Below, piece by piece: positions 1 through 13,918 of a DNA stretch of 64,000 nucleotides. The stretch's first letter is position 1. Each line of letters begins with the position of its first letter. Position numbers and translations under genes: made by a program. This DNA comes from Octopus vulgaris (lineage: Eukaryota). The notes under the pieces were generated by a model. That model was given only the letters and a program-made list of their open reading frames with translations. It was not told where the DNA came from and ran no database searches. The stretch covers positions 29,078,001-29,142,000 of the forward strand of contig OX597836.1 in NCBI GenBank assembly GCA_951406725.2. The letters are read 5' to 3'.

Positions 1-216
1 GGACCAGTGACACAGAGGAGGTATCTTTTCATTTTGTTACTTTTCCTATTGTTCTCTTTCCCCATCTCTCTCTCTCTCTCTTTCCTTTTTCTTTACACTC
101 CTGTTCTCACTATCTCTCTCATATTGTTAGCAAAACAACTAAAAATATACAAAATCTTATACTCTCCAAGCATGTTCCTCAATAGAATAACAACAACAAT
201 AATAGTTCTTTCTTAC

Positions 217-356
217 CCAAAGAATGGCAGATACTGTAACACAGTCTGTTTGGTGATGGGTCCTGTAATCTCAGTTGAGTTTTCAATCACACAGCTTATA
301 ACCTTTCGAAGGAAGGCTTGAAACCGCGTCCGTCTTGTCTCAACAACACGCGGGTC
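217..356 (-). CDS. SNX29: SNX29 exon 21, PX end ([19 protein letters not shown]...QYLPFF)
   Basis: tag / gtaag; 140 nt, phase 0-2; gene continues beyond position 1. Confidence 0.92.
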
Positions 357-3130
357 CTACCGATAAATAAAAAAAATAGCAGTACATCATTAATTAGTTT
401 ATTTTCTATTTAATTAATTAATAATGATAATAATAACCCTTTTTACTATAGACACAAAGTTTTGTGGGAGAGAGGGCTAGTCAATTATATTGATCCCAGT
501 GTTTAACTGGTATTTAATTTATCGACCCTGAAAGGATGAAAGGCAAAGTTGACCTCGCCAGAATTTGAACTCAGAACGTAGCAATGGGCAAAATACCGCT
601 AAGCATTTCGTCCAGCATGCTGACGATTCTGCCAGCTGATATTTATATATCAGTCCACAAAAGACACAGAGTTCAAGATGAAATGTGTATGGCTAACACC
701 CAGCCTGACATGGAGGTAAGGGTAAAATTGATGTCTAGTACCCAACCTGGGCATCTGCAGGCCACTGTCTTCATAGTGTGAGTAGTAAGGGAGTAATGAG
801 GTGGGGACGTGGTCTGGATATTTGAATGCTTGCATCAGAGAAACCTCTACTAAAAGTATTGAATGACCAGCTGATGGTACTGTGTTTGACCCTTTCGATA
901 TCAACCCAGCTGAAGCTGCCTCTGGCTTTGTAGTACAAATGTCTTGTTTTCATAATTTTTGAATTACAATCTTCCACCAAACCTTGGTCACAATTTATGC
1001 TCCTAACACTAGCTTAAGGATAACTAAGTTATTTTATTAAATTCTTTGTTATATTTAAAATTAATTGAAAGAAACACAGAGCATCTCAACAGAGACATAG
1101 TAACGAAAGGGTTAATCACTCAACTAACACCCCATGTATCTTAAGCCCTGATCTATCCATTTTGTACCAAACTGCCTCCTCCCCTAGCTCAATAACTGTT
1201 TCTAGGTTACCTTACAGTCCACTTCATATAACAAACAACTTATTAAGTAGTGTTACACCACTAAACTTAGTAGCCATTTAAGTAATGAATTAGTGGAAAG
1301 TTAATGGGTTGGCTGTGGTACTGAAGAAGCAGCAAAAACTCCTAAAATATGGATATACACTCCTCACTTATTTTTCTATCTTCCATTGCATTGTTTACAT
1401 AGACATATTTGTATACAAAATGTTGTAACTTTGAGTACTGGCCCTAAATTCTACTGAAAATCTGTAGAGATACACTTAAAAATGACAACTTTAAAAAAAA
1501 CATAATAAATTATTACCTTGTAACCAACCCTAACTTTAGATGGAAAATTAAATTGGCCCAAAATGGGAAATTTTTTCTTCAGTTTGGAGTAGAACACATA
1601 AAATTGCCGATAACGTCTATACACATTCCATTCTTCATCTTGAATTCTGATGTAGACCTAAAAGAAAAAGGAAGTCAGTTATCTACACATGTTGTAAATT
1701 AATTATTAAAATCAATATAAAATCAATACCCAAATCAGAGATGTACATCCAGTGTGTATAGAAACACAGGTACAAAGTTTGCAAAATAGAAATTTAGTCA
1801 ACTTATTTATTGAAATCAAATTAATTTCTTTTGGTAGTAAATTTGTAAATGCTTGTAAGGATATATTTATTTGTTCATTTGTTTTATACACTCTGTAAAG
1901 TGGTTGGCATTAGGAAGGCCATCAAGCCATAGAAACCATGCCAAAGCAGCTCTGCAGCTCACCAGGTCCTGTCAAACCATCTAACCCATGCCAGCATAGA
2001 AAAACAGACGTTAAACGAGCATGATGATGATGATTTTCCCTGTTAGATCAATACATGTTATTGTGGCATCATTTTGCAGCTGGATGCCTTTCCTGTTGTT
2101 TGACAGGGAAAGTCAGCAAACATCATTTGTAGTTCACTAATTTTTCATATGAAGCACAAAATATAAACATTCGCACACTAACGCACAAACACATATATGT
2201 GTATATATATATATAAACATATACTCTGTAAAGTAGTTGGTGTTAAGAAGGGCATCCAGCTGTAAAAATTGTGCCAAAGCAGGCGGTGACTTGTCAACTC
2301 CTGTGAAACCATCCAACCCATGCCAGCATGGAAGAAGGATGTTAAATGATGATGATGATGATGATGCCTCTGTGTGTGTGTAGTGATTGATGCAGACACA
2401 GCTGTATGATTAAGAAGTGTGCTTCCCAATCAAATGGTCCCATGTTCAGTCCCACTCCATGGCACCTTCGACAAATGTTTTCTACTCTACCTGGGGGCCA
2501 ACTAAAACCTTGTGATTGGAGTTGGTAGACAGAGTCTGATTATGTGTTTGCAATCATTTTACCCGAGTTTTCATGGCTGGGTTGTTGTTTATTTTGTTGT
2601 CATCATTGGAAAAGCCAAAGGAAACAAATGAAAGTGTGGTACTTTGACGAAAAAGAAATATATTTATTTACCTGGTATACATGATAAGTATCTGATGATA
2701 AGCCACGTAAAAATGCAGATGGAATCCAAACATGTACAAGGTTTCTGGGTGTGATGGTTAGACTGTATAATAAAAAGCCAAAGAAATCTTCATAAAACAT
2801 TACTCAGAGTTTCACGTTACCATTGTAGACAGGAGTGATCATACTCATAAAACATTATGTATATGCATGCATATCTATTCATATCTATCTGTCTATCTAT
2901 CTATCTATCTCTATCTGTCTGTCTGTCTATCTATCTATATCCGTCTGTCTGTCTCTATCTATCTCCGTCAGTCTGTCTGTCTGTCTATCTATATCCGTCT
3001 GTCTGTCTATCTATCTATATCCTTCTATCTGTCTGTCTGTCTATCTATCTATATCCGTCAGTCTGTCTGTCTATCTATATCCGTCTGCCTGACTATCTAT
3101 CTATATCCACTGTCTATCTATCTATATCCT

Positions 3131-3162
<32 letters not shown>

Positions 3163-6100
3163 TCTATCTCTATCTATCTATTGTCTGTCTATCTATCTAT
3201 ATATGTCTGTCTGTCTGTCTGTCTATCTATATCCTTCCACTTATTTCTTATTTTTATTTTTCTAAAATTTTCGTTGCATCTTGCAACCTTTTCAATAGTA
3301 AAAAAAAAATACATACAAAGAAAACAACTTACTTGTCTACATCTAAGGAGACACAATCGCTATAAGAAGGCCCTTCATCCGGTAACTGTAAGAGACAGGA
3401 ACAAAGAAGACAACAATGTCAAAGGGATTATATATTAAATATATCAGACATAATAAATCAGTTTGAGAGAAGCGTTGTTACAGGCCAACTGATGGGACAA
3501 CTAAACATAAATAGATGTGTGTTAATTAGTCGGTATTAGGAAGGGCAGGGCATACAACTATAGAAACCACATCGAAACAGACGTAGAACCTTGCAGAACC
3601 ACCTGGCTTGTTTGTTTTTGTTAAACTGTCCAACCCATGACAGTATTACTGTCCAACCCATGACATATTTACAAAGTAAGAAAACAGCACAGCTCCCATG
3701 ACTTCAGGAAACATTTTTTCACGCTGAGAGTTACTGAAGCATGGAACAAACTGCCGGCATCAGTTGTTAGGTGTCGGAGCACTGCATCCTTCAAAACTTC
3801 CATGCTTCCTGAGATTCGCCAACACTACACTTGATTTTCTTCATGACAGTATCGGAAAAAGGATGTTAAATGATGAAGATGATGATGATGATGTGAGTGT
3901 GTGTGTGTGTGTATAAATACATGGACAATGTACACACAGTGAAGGGGCATGGGTTAGTGGTTAGGGTACTCTGCTTCCAATTGTAAGGTCATGAGTTTAA
4001 TTCCAGTCAGCACGTTGTATCCTTGAGCAAGACGCTTCATTTCATGTTGCTCCAGTCCACTAAGCTGGCAAAAATAAGTTGTACCTGTATTTCAGAGGGC
4101 CAGCCTTATCACATTCCATTTAATGCTGAATTTCCCTGATAACTGCATTAAGGTTACACGTGTGTGTGTGTATGTAGAGTGCTCAGCGCCATATGCACGT
4201 TAATTTCATGAGCAGGCTGTTCCATTGATTGGATCATCTGGAACCCTCCTTGTCATAACCAATGGAGTGCCAGTAGATGCAAACACCCCCACATATTTCT
4301 GTCTAAGAGTTTATCTACCAGTAGTGCAAGATGTACACTTTGTATTACTGCAAGTTGATGAGCTGAGATGCTGTCTCAAACTGGACACCTATCACAATAG
4401 CAGCCAAGTAGCCTGAAGATTTTTTATACTGCCATAAGTGAGAGTCGGTGACAGGTGGCACAATTTGAATTCAGAATGCAGAGAGCTGGATTAAATATCA
4501 CAAGGTATCTTGTCTAAACCCACCTGTGGCAATTACTTTATTTATTGACCCTGTAACCACACAATACTTCATATCTAATGAGAAAGTCAGGTGGGTTGAG
4601 CCCCGTTTTTCTCCAAGATATATAAACCCATGAGAGAATTTGAAAATGACACATGCATGTCCATGTAAATTTATTGATGAGGAAAGAGCAAACGGTACAG
4701 ACCGGTCCATGTAGGCTAATCAGTTCCTGCCGTAGCTGTTTGATGAGGGCATCTTTCAACTGGATAGTTCGATGTAAAGCTTCATTGAACTCTATCAGCT
4801 CACCATGCATTTCAGCTACCTGTGAGAGAGAGAGAGATAAATAGAGAGAGAGAAAGAATAAATAATGAATATGAACATTTAAAACAATAACAACAACAAC
4901 AATACTTTCTATTCTTTCTACTATAGGCACAGTGGAGAGTAGCAGACTCGCGGTTGTAGGATCGCAGTTTCGATTCCCAGACCAGGCATTGTGAGCGTTT
5001 ATTGAGCGAAAACACCTAAAGCTCCATGAGACTCTGGCAGTGGGTGATGACCCCCGCTGCACTCTTTCATCACAACATCCTCTCACTCTTTCTTCCTGTT
5101 TCTGTTGTACCTGTATTCCAAAGGGCCAGCCTTGTCACACTCTGTATTACACTGAATCTCCCCAAAATCTATGTTAAGGGTACACGTGTCTGCGGAGTGC
5201 TCAGCTTTTTGCACATTAATTTCATGAACAGGCTGTTCGGTTGATCGGATCATCTGGAACCCTTGTCATCATAACTGACCGAGTGCCACCACTATAGGCA
5301 CAAGGTTGAAATTTGAGGGGAGGGAACAAGTCGATAACATCAACCTCAGTGTTTGACTGGTACTATTTTATCAACCCCAATAGGATGAAAGGCAAAGTCT
5401 ACCTCAGTGGTATTTGAACCCAGCAGCATTTCTCCTAGATCTTTGCATTCTAGGCATTTTGTCCAGCATAATAATGATTCTGCCAGCTCATTGCCTTATC
5501 AAGTAAAGTAAAGACACCCTTCAATCACGACTGATCATGAGATTGCACCTAGAAAGTTCTCCTTTAAGGCACAAGTCTGGACAAGGTTGTTTATGGAAGA
5601 CCAGCAATCACCCATGCATACCAGCCTCTCCTCTCCATGCCATAGAGTAAAGAGTAAATACCCGCTTTGGTCATGAATGGCCATAGGATTGCACCTAGAA
5701 AGTTGTTTATGGAAGACCAGCAGTTGCCTATGCATACCAGCCTCCCCCCCTCTACACCACTGATGTTATCCAAGGGAAAGACAAAAGCTGATATAGCTTA
5801 GCACCAATGATGTCGCAACTCATTTCTACAGCTGAATGAACTGGAGCAATGTGAAATAAAGTGTCTTGCTCCAAGAACACAACACACAGCCCAGTCCGGT
5901 AATTGAACTCACTATCTCATGATTGTGAGACTGATGCTCTAACCACTGAACCATGCACCTTCATCACTGCCTTATCAACAACAATAGTTAGCCTAAATGT
6001 AGGTACAAGAGGCTAGAAATTGGCTGGTAAGAGGTTAATTGATTGAACTGTGTCCAGCACTTGACTGGTCCTTTGTTTTATCAACTCCCTTAAAAGGATG

Positions 6101-8128
6101 AAAGATAAAGTTGACCCTAGCAAGAACTCAGGATGTAAAGAGTTGGAACAAATACCCGCAACTTACTTGAATCAATTTCTTCTCATATTCTGAAGCTTCA
6201 TGACTGTAATCTATGCTTGACTTTGGTGGTGGAATAACTGGCTGTAACTCGTCTAAGTGAATGCCGAGGGAACCTGCAAAAATGTTACAAGATATACACA
6301 CACACATATATACAAGTCATTTGTATACATACATGAAGACTGCACAAGGCTTCGAAACAGTCAGTGAAGCTTTGTGCAGTCTTCTGCCAAGTCAGCTCCT
6401 GTGAAACCATCGAATTCATGCCAGCATGGAAGATGGACGTTAAGTGATGAATGATGATGATGATGATGATATCCATACACATACACACACACAAAGGATC
6501 TGTCTGTCGTCTCTATTTCACAAAGGTAAACCATATAGGGTATTTAACTCTTTAGCATTCAAATTACTCTGTCAGACATAATGCTTATTTATCCGTTTTG
6601 TTTTAAATTAATCTTGCATTATCTCATAGCTTTTGATATTCTGATGATGTGACATCACAGGGTAGGTGTGAGAGGCCAGATCTGGCCAGTATGAACATAA
6701 AACAGGTAGGCTATTTCAGCTGGGTATAGCCGGTTTAAATGCTAAAGAATAAACAGAATCTACTTGCCACAGGGAGAGAGAAACTTTTTTTTCCTTAAAT
6801 GTTGATGTAGCAAAGAGTAGGGAGTGAAGTTACAGGCGCAGGAGTGGCTGTGTGGTAAGTAGCTTGCTAACCAACCCCATGGTTCCGGGTTCAGTCCCAC
6901 TGCGTGGCATCTTGGGCAAGTGTCTTCTGCTATAGCCCCGGGCTGACCAATGCCTTGTGAGTGGATTTGGTAGACGGAAACTGAAAGAAGCCTGTGATAT
7001 ATATGTATATATATATAAGTGTGTGTGTATGTGTTTGTGTGTCTGTGTTTGTCCCCCTAGCATTGCTTGACAACCGATGCTGGTGTGTTTACGTCCCCGT
7101 CACTTAGCGGTTCGGCAAAAGAGACCGATAGAATAAGTACTGGGCTTACAAAGAATAAGTCCCGGGGTCGATTTGCTCGACTAAAGGCGGTGCTCCAGCA
7201 TGGCTGCAGTCAAATGACTGAAACAAGTAAAAGAGTAAAAGAGAGAGAGAGAGAGTATGGTAATGATGGTGGTGGTGAGGCAATCCGATGACCAGAAAGG
7301 GGATTTATTAGAAGGTCAATGAAAAGACCAATGATGAAGCAAAAAGTGAATGTAACGATTTTAAGATAGTAATGCAAGTGCCAACCTTCTGCTTTGGTAC
7401 CTTCCTTCCTCAGCAACTGAACTGCATTGACATATTTCTTTAGCTGGTGTCTCAGCAGTTCGTTCTCTCTGAAAACAGATTCATAGCCCAATATTTATAG
7501 ACGTAATAATAAAGACAAAGAGGCTCTTAACATATATGATATTTTCTATTTATACATATATATTTATAGAAAGACAAATAGATAGATAGATAGACAGATG
7601 GATGGATGGATCAATCAATCTATCTATATCTATCTATATATATATCAAATGGAAATTGTAGTTGTGATACCTGTGCTGGTGGCACGTAAAAAGCACCAAC
7701 CGATCGTGGATGTTGCCAGCCTCCCCTGGCACCTGTGCGGGTGGCACATAAAAAGCACCCGCTACACGCACGGAGTGGTTGGCGTTAGGAAGGGCATCCA
7801 GCTGTAGAAACCTTGCCAGATCAGATTGGAGCCTGGTGCAGCCTCCTGGCTTCCCAGACCCCGGTTGAACCGTCCAACCCATGCCAGCATGGAAAACGGA
7901 CGTTAAACGATGATGATGATGTATATATATATATATATATGCTTGTGCCATTTAAAAAGCATTAAGTCCACTCTGCTGGGTGGTTGGTGTTAGGAAGGGC
8001 ATCCAGTTGTAAAAATCCTGCCAAAACAGTCACAGAAGTCTAATGCAGGCTTCTGTCTGACTGGTTCCAGTCAAACCATCTCACCCATGCAAGCACGGAA
8101 GGCAAATGATAAACAACGATGATGATGA

Positions 8129-8169
<41 letters not shown>

Positions 8170-10486
8170 TACTTTTTATTAAAACTGCAAAATTATCACA
8201 GAACTGTTACTCAGAGTTTCACATTTCTGTTTATTGGACAGTTTCCAACACAACTGACTGATGAACGGGAACATGAAATTCTGAGTAACAATTCTGTGAT
8301 AATTTTGCAGCTTCAACAAAAAGTATATTATTCTAACTTTGGTATTCAAGTACTATTTTTTTTTACATTGTTTTGCATTTATGTGCTTACATGTGTGTGT
8401 GTATATATATAGTTTGTCAACATTGAAACTTTTAAAGATGTTTTTCTAATTCATAACTTTAAATTTTTACCATGATAAACAAAAAATATTGTTGAAACGA
8501 GTGTAGTGAGTGCCTTTTATGTGCCTCTGGCACAGGGGTCAGTTAAGTGGCCCTGGTGCCAATCATGTTCAGATAATGCTTTTTACGTGCCACTGGCACA
8601 GGAACTAGTTAGGGGGCACTGGCATCGACCAGATGAAGCTTTTTGCAATCAACATAAATTCAAATACAGGGAGGGACCTATCCAGGTGTGTCCCATAAGA
8701 CATTATGCTTAATGTGACTTACTTCTGAAGTGACTGTATTTTACTGTTGTCCTTCTCCTGTATAACAGCCATCTTTTTCTCTAGGTCACTGACTTCAGCT
8801 CGAACAGACAGACATGTCTCCTTTTCTTGTGAAAGCAGCTGTTGTAATGATCTGTAATTATACATAAAACAAACATATTAACCCCTTTGCCTGTTCTGTG
8901 TATCATATATGGTACACAGTACATAATGCATTTTCTGGTATACAAGTCCACATAGTATTGGTGTAAACATGTAGTGTAAAGATTCAAACATCATCACTAC
9001 CATTCCAAATCTTGTTGCATCACCATTTCCAGACCAAATGAATATTGTCAGGATGTTTTGAATCATGCAGGCCCCAATTTTTTTTTTTTCGCTTTCGCAT
9101 AATTGTATGAATTCTCAAGTGTAGAACACAAATTCGCAAAAATTTTCAGAGAATACAAAAATATAAAAAAGTTATGAGGAGTTAAATGTCATATGTAAAG
9201 CAGAAGTTGATTTATTTACAGTTTCATGCACAAAATGACAGCTTCCAAATCCTGTTTTCTGATTGGGTAAAAATGATCAAACTTTAAACCTCTATAACTT
9301 TAAAAAAGAAATCTTCTGGAAAGAGTGAAATATCTCCTGGAAACTATGTTAATACATGAAATATTAAAATATTCAATAAACTTTGAAATGTTCACAGCTG
9401 TAGCCAAACAGAAAAGACCCTTTGACAAAATGTGCATAAAGAGGATGTTTGTCTTGCACATCATCTGGGGCATAAACTGACAAACAGCAACACTATTAAG
9501 ACTCAAAGAGAAAATAGAACTAAATTTTAATTTAGAAACCTGTTTTGTTCTTCCACATGGTCTTTGCGAACCATCATCGTCACTATGGCTTTCTTTAGTT
9601 CACCTACAAGCAGAAAGAAATGAAATGAGAAAATAAATGCATAACTAAACAAGAGAAATAAAGGATTATTAAATAAAGACATAAGCCCGAGGTCTCACAT
9701 TCATCGGAGGTTAGCAGTGAGGGAAATGAGATTGTGTGAATACTTAATTCATCAACCCCAAAAGGATGAAAGGCAAAGTTGACCTCGGTGGAATTTGAAC
9801 TCAGAATCTAAGACAGATGAAATACACCTAAGCATTTTGCTCGGCATGCTAACGATTCTACCAGCTCACTGCCTTAGAATCTAAGACAGATGAAATACCC
9901 CTAAGCATTTTGCTCGGCATGCTAACGATTCTACCAGCTCACTGCCTTATTGCATCAATAAAATAATAAAATGCTACTGAAACAGCTGTAGGAAATTTTA
10001 AACCCCACTTGTGTTTGAGACTGTGTGACCATGATGCCTTTGCTTAATATAAGTTAAGTGAAAATAACCCTCCATTTTCTACTATTCTCTATCACACACT
10101 CCCTTTTATTTACAATAAAACCAACCTTCATTGATCAAGGTTGATTGGGTGGGACAGGATAAAGTGAAACAACACCAGCACATATAAGAAAGGGGTGTCT
10201 TGAACTTACTAGTAGTCATTTCATTGTGCGTGTCTTGCTGTACATTACCACCATCACCTTCAGTCCTGTAACTTTGACTATAGAAAAAAAATAAAGGCAT
10301 AAATTAAAATAAATAAATAAATAGATAATAATAATAACAACAACAACAACAAAAACAACAATCCTTTCTACTATAGGCACAAGGCCTGAAATTTGTGGGG
10401 AGGAGGCCAGTTAATTAGATCGACCCCCAGTACGCAACTGGTACTTAATTTATCGAGCCTGAAAGGATGAATTTGAATTCACCGCC

Positions 10487-10534
<48 letters not shown>

Positions 10535-11096
10535 GGCACAAGGCTTGAAACTTTGTGGGAGGGGGCTAGATGATTACATCAACCCCAGTGCTCAACTTTT
10601 ACTTATTTTATCAACCCCGAAAGGATGAAAGACAAAGTCACCTTTGGTAGAATTTGAACTCACAGCATAAAGCTGAGCATAATACCACAAAACATTTTCT
10701 CCGGCATGCTAATGATTCTACCAGTTTACCACTTTAATACAGATATTAATAATAACAGCCCTTTCTGCTATAGGCACAAGACCTGAAATTTTGGAAGAGG
10801 AGTAATTTGATCACATTGATCCCAGTGCTCAACTGGTATTCATCTTATCGACCCCGAAAGATCAAAGGTAAAGTCAATCTTGGTGGAATAATGATAATAA
10901 TAATGGTTTCGAATTTTGGTACAAAACCAACAATTTCAGGGGCAGGGGCAAATCAATTACATCAACCCCAGCACTTAAATGGAACTTGCTTTATTGACCC
11001 TGCAAGGATGAATGGTAAAGTTAACCTTGGTGGAATTTGAACTCAGAACGTGAAGATGGATGAAATGTTGCTAAGCATTTCACCCAATGTACAAAG

Positions 11097-11146
<50 letters not shown>

Positions 11147-13879
11147 CCTTTCTACTATAGGCACAAGATCTGAAATTGCAGGGGAGGGGGTAAGTTGATC
11201 ACACTGACCCCAGTACTTGACTGGTACTTAATTTATCGACCCTGAAAGGATAAAAGGCTAAGTCAACCTCGGCGGAATTTGAACTCAGAATGTAAGGTTG
11301 GATGAATTGCTGCTAAGCATTTTGCTTGGTGTGCTAACGATTCTGCCAATTGTTACCTCAATAACGATGATAATAATAATGATTTCAAATTTTGGCACAA
11401 GACCAGCAATTTTGGGGATGGGGACGAGTTGATTGCATTGACCCCAGTACTCAACTGGTACTTATTTTATCGAGCCCAAAAGGATGAAAGGCAAAGTTGA
11501 CCTCAGCGGAATTTGAACTCAGAACACAAAGACGGATGAAATGCCACTAAGCATTTTGCCCGGCATGCTGACCTTAATAATCTGATAATAATAATAATAA
11601 CAAGAACAACAACAATGATATCAATAATATGTCTTATACTAACCAGCTGTTGTTGATATTGCTACTGCTGCTGCTGCTACCACTGCTACAACCACTGCTG
11701 CTGCTGTTGTTGTTGTTGCTCTTCTGAGCCTGAGCTAATGCAAAGGCTGCTGATTCCACATCAGAATTAGAATAAATTTTGTAATCACTTGTTTTGCCTG
11801 AGGACAGAAAATGGATACAGACAAAAAACATTCAGTATATACTGCATAGGATTGGGTTGGTTGGGAGAGGGAGGGAGGGAGAGAGAAAGAAAGAGAGAGA
11901 GAGACAGAAAGAGAGACAGAGAGAGAGAGACAGACAGACAGACAGGCTGGAAGATAGAGAGATAGATGGACAGAGAGAATAATGTAAACTCACAAAGTTG
12001 TCTTTAATTATTTGATGTTTGTATTACATACAGCAATGGATTGTACTCAGAGCTGGATTAAGATTTTGTAGGGCCTGCTCTACAAAACATAAATTCACAC
12101 ACAAACACACACACACATATATGTATGTATGCATGTGTGTATACAACAAGCTTTTTCACTTTCTACAGACCAAATCCACTCACAAGGCTTTTGTTAGCCC
12201 AGGGCTATAGTAGAGAACACTTGTCTCAGATGCAACACAATGGGACTGAATCCAGAGGAACTATGTGGTTGAGAAGCAAAGATCTTACCACACAGCCATG
12301 CTTGCATCTATAGAAAACCACACGTAATCCAGCACTGACTGTACTTACAGTTAATGAGACTGAGATAATAAGTATTAAATGACTTTGATACTGTGGACTC
12401 TGGTCACTGGCCATTTTCAAGCCCCAGACATGTCTTGAGGGACCAAACCTATGATATGATCAAAAACACCCCAGCTGTGACTGTATCGGGTTTTTTTTTC
12501 AAACATGGCATATGTCCTGTTTAAGTTTTGTTTGAGGAAGATAGAGCAGCTATTTCTAGTAGGTGACTGACCACATATTGGTATCATTTAGGTTGGCAGT
12601 CTAGTAGGGTAAATAATCAACTGGGTGTGACTGCCATACTGCCATGGATGCTAGACTGGGATATACAAGTTGTGAATTATGTTACACATGCACACATATA
12701 TGATAGGCTGCTTTCAGTTTCTGTCTACAAAATCTACTCACAAGGCTTTTGGGTGGTCTGAGGCTATAGTAGAAGACACTTTTCCAGGGTGGCATGCAGT
12801 GGGACAGAGCCTGAAACCTTGTGGTTGGGAAGCAAACTTCTTACCACACAGCCATACCTGTGCCAAACTTTTAGATATTGTTGTTAATACTCACACTATT
12901 CTTTTTTTCTTTTAGTAGTTACCTTCTCAAGCCATAGTGACTCACAAGGGCCACTTTCCCAGTTTTATGGCAAAAAAAAAACAACATTTGAGCGAGGTCA
13001 TTGCCAAAAAAAAATTCGAGCAAGGTCACTGCCAGTGCCATTGGACTGGCTCCTGTGCAGGTGGCACGTAACATACACCATTTGAGCATGGTCGTTGCCA
13101 GTACCACCTGACTGACCCTAGTGCCGGTGGCACATAAAAGCACCCACTACACTCTCGGAGTGGTTGGCATTAGGAAGGGCATCCAGCTGTAGAAACTCTG
13201 CCAGATCAGATTGGAGCCTGGTGCAGTCATCTGGCTCGCCAGTCCTCAGTCAAATCGTCCAACCCATGCTAGCATGGAAAGTGAACGTTAAATGAGGATG
13301 ATGATATATTCCCCACCTGGATGAGATGTTGGGACATTGTACGGTTACTCATTTTTGCCAGCTGAGTGGACAGGAGCAATGTGAAATGAAGTGTTTTGCT
13401 CAAGAACACAATGCATTGCCTGGTCCAGGAATCGAAACTACAATCTTACAATCATGAGTCCAACCCCCTAACCACTAAGCCATGTGCCTCCACTGTTAAT
13501 ACTCACTGGCTCAGTTCCATCAAACTATAAGTACAATCCACTGCTTCGTAAGTGTCTTGACCTTATGTTGAGTGTGTGTGTATGTGTGTGTGAGAGAGAG
13601 AGAGAGAGAGAAAAGAGAGAGAGAGAGAGAGAAAAGAGAGAGAGAAAGAGTGTGTATGTGTGTGTGTACCTCTTCATCATCATCATTTAACATCCATTTT
13701 CAATGCTGGCATGGGTTTGACAGTTTGACCAGTGCTGGTAAACTGGAGAACTGCTGCATCAGAATCTAATTGCCTGTTTTGGCTTGGCTTCTATGGCTGG
13801 ATGCTCTCCCTAATGCCAACCAGTTTGCAGAGTGAACTGGTTGCTTATCATGCGGCACAAGCACAGGTGCTTTTTGCAT

Positions 13880-13918
<39 letters not shown>

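Noticed and set aside
2835-3438. Overlapping 85-193 aa ORFs rich in S, I, Y, L, C
   Set aside because: Translations of the (TCTA/TCTG)n microsatellite
9803-9948. 73-bp tandem duplication
   Set aside because: Local duplication of a family-B SINE head; no further significance evident
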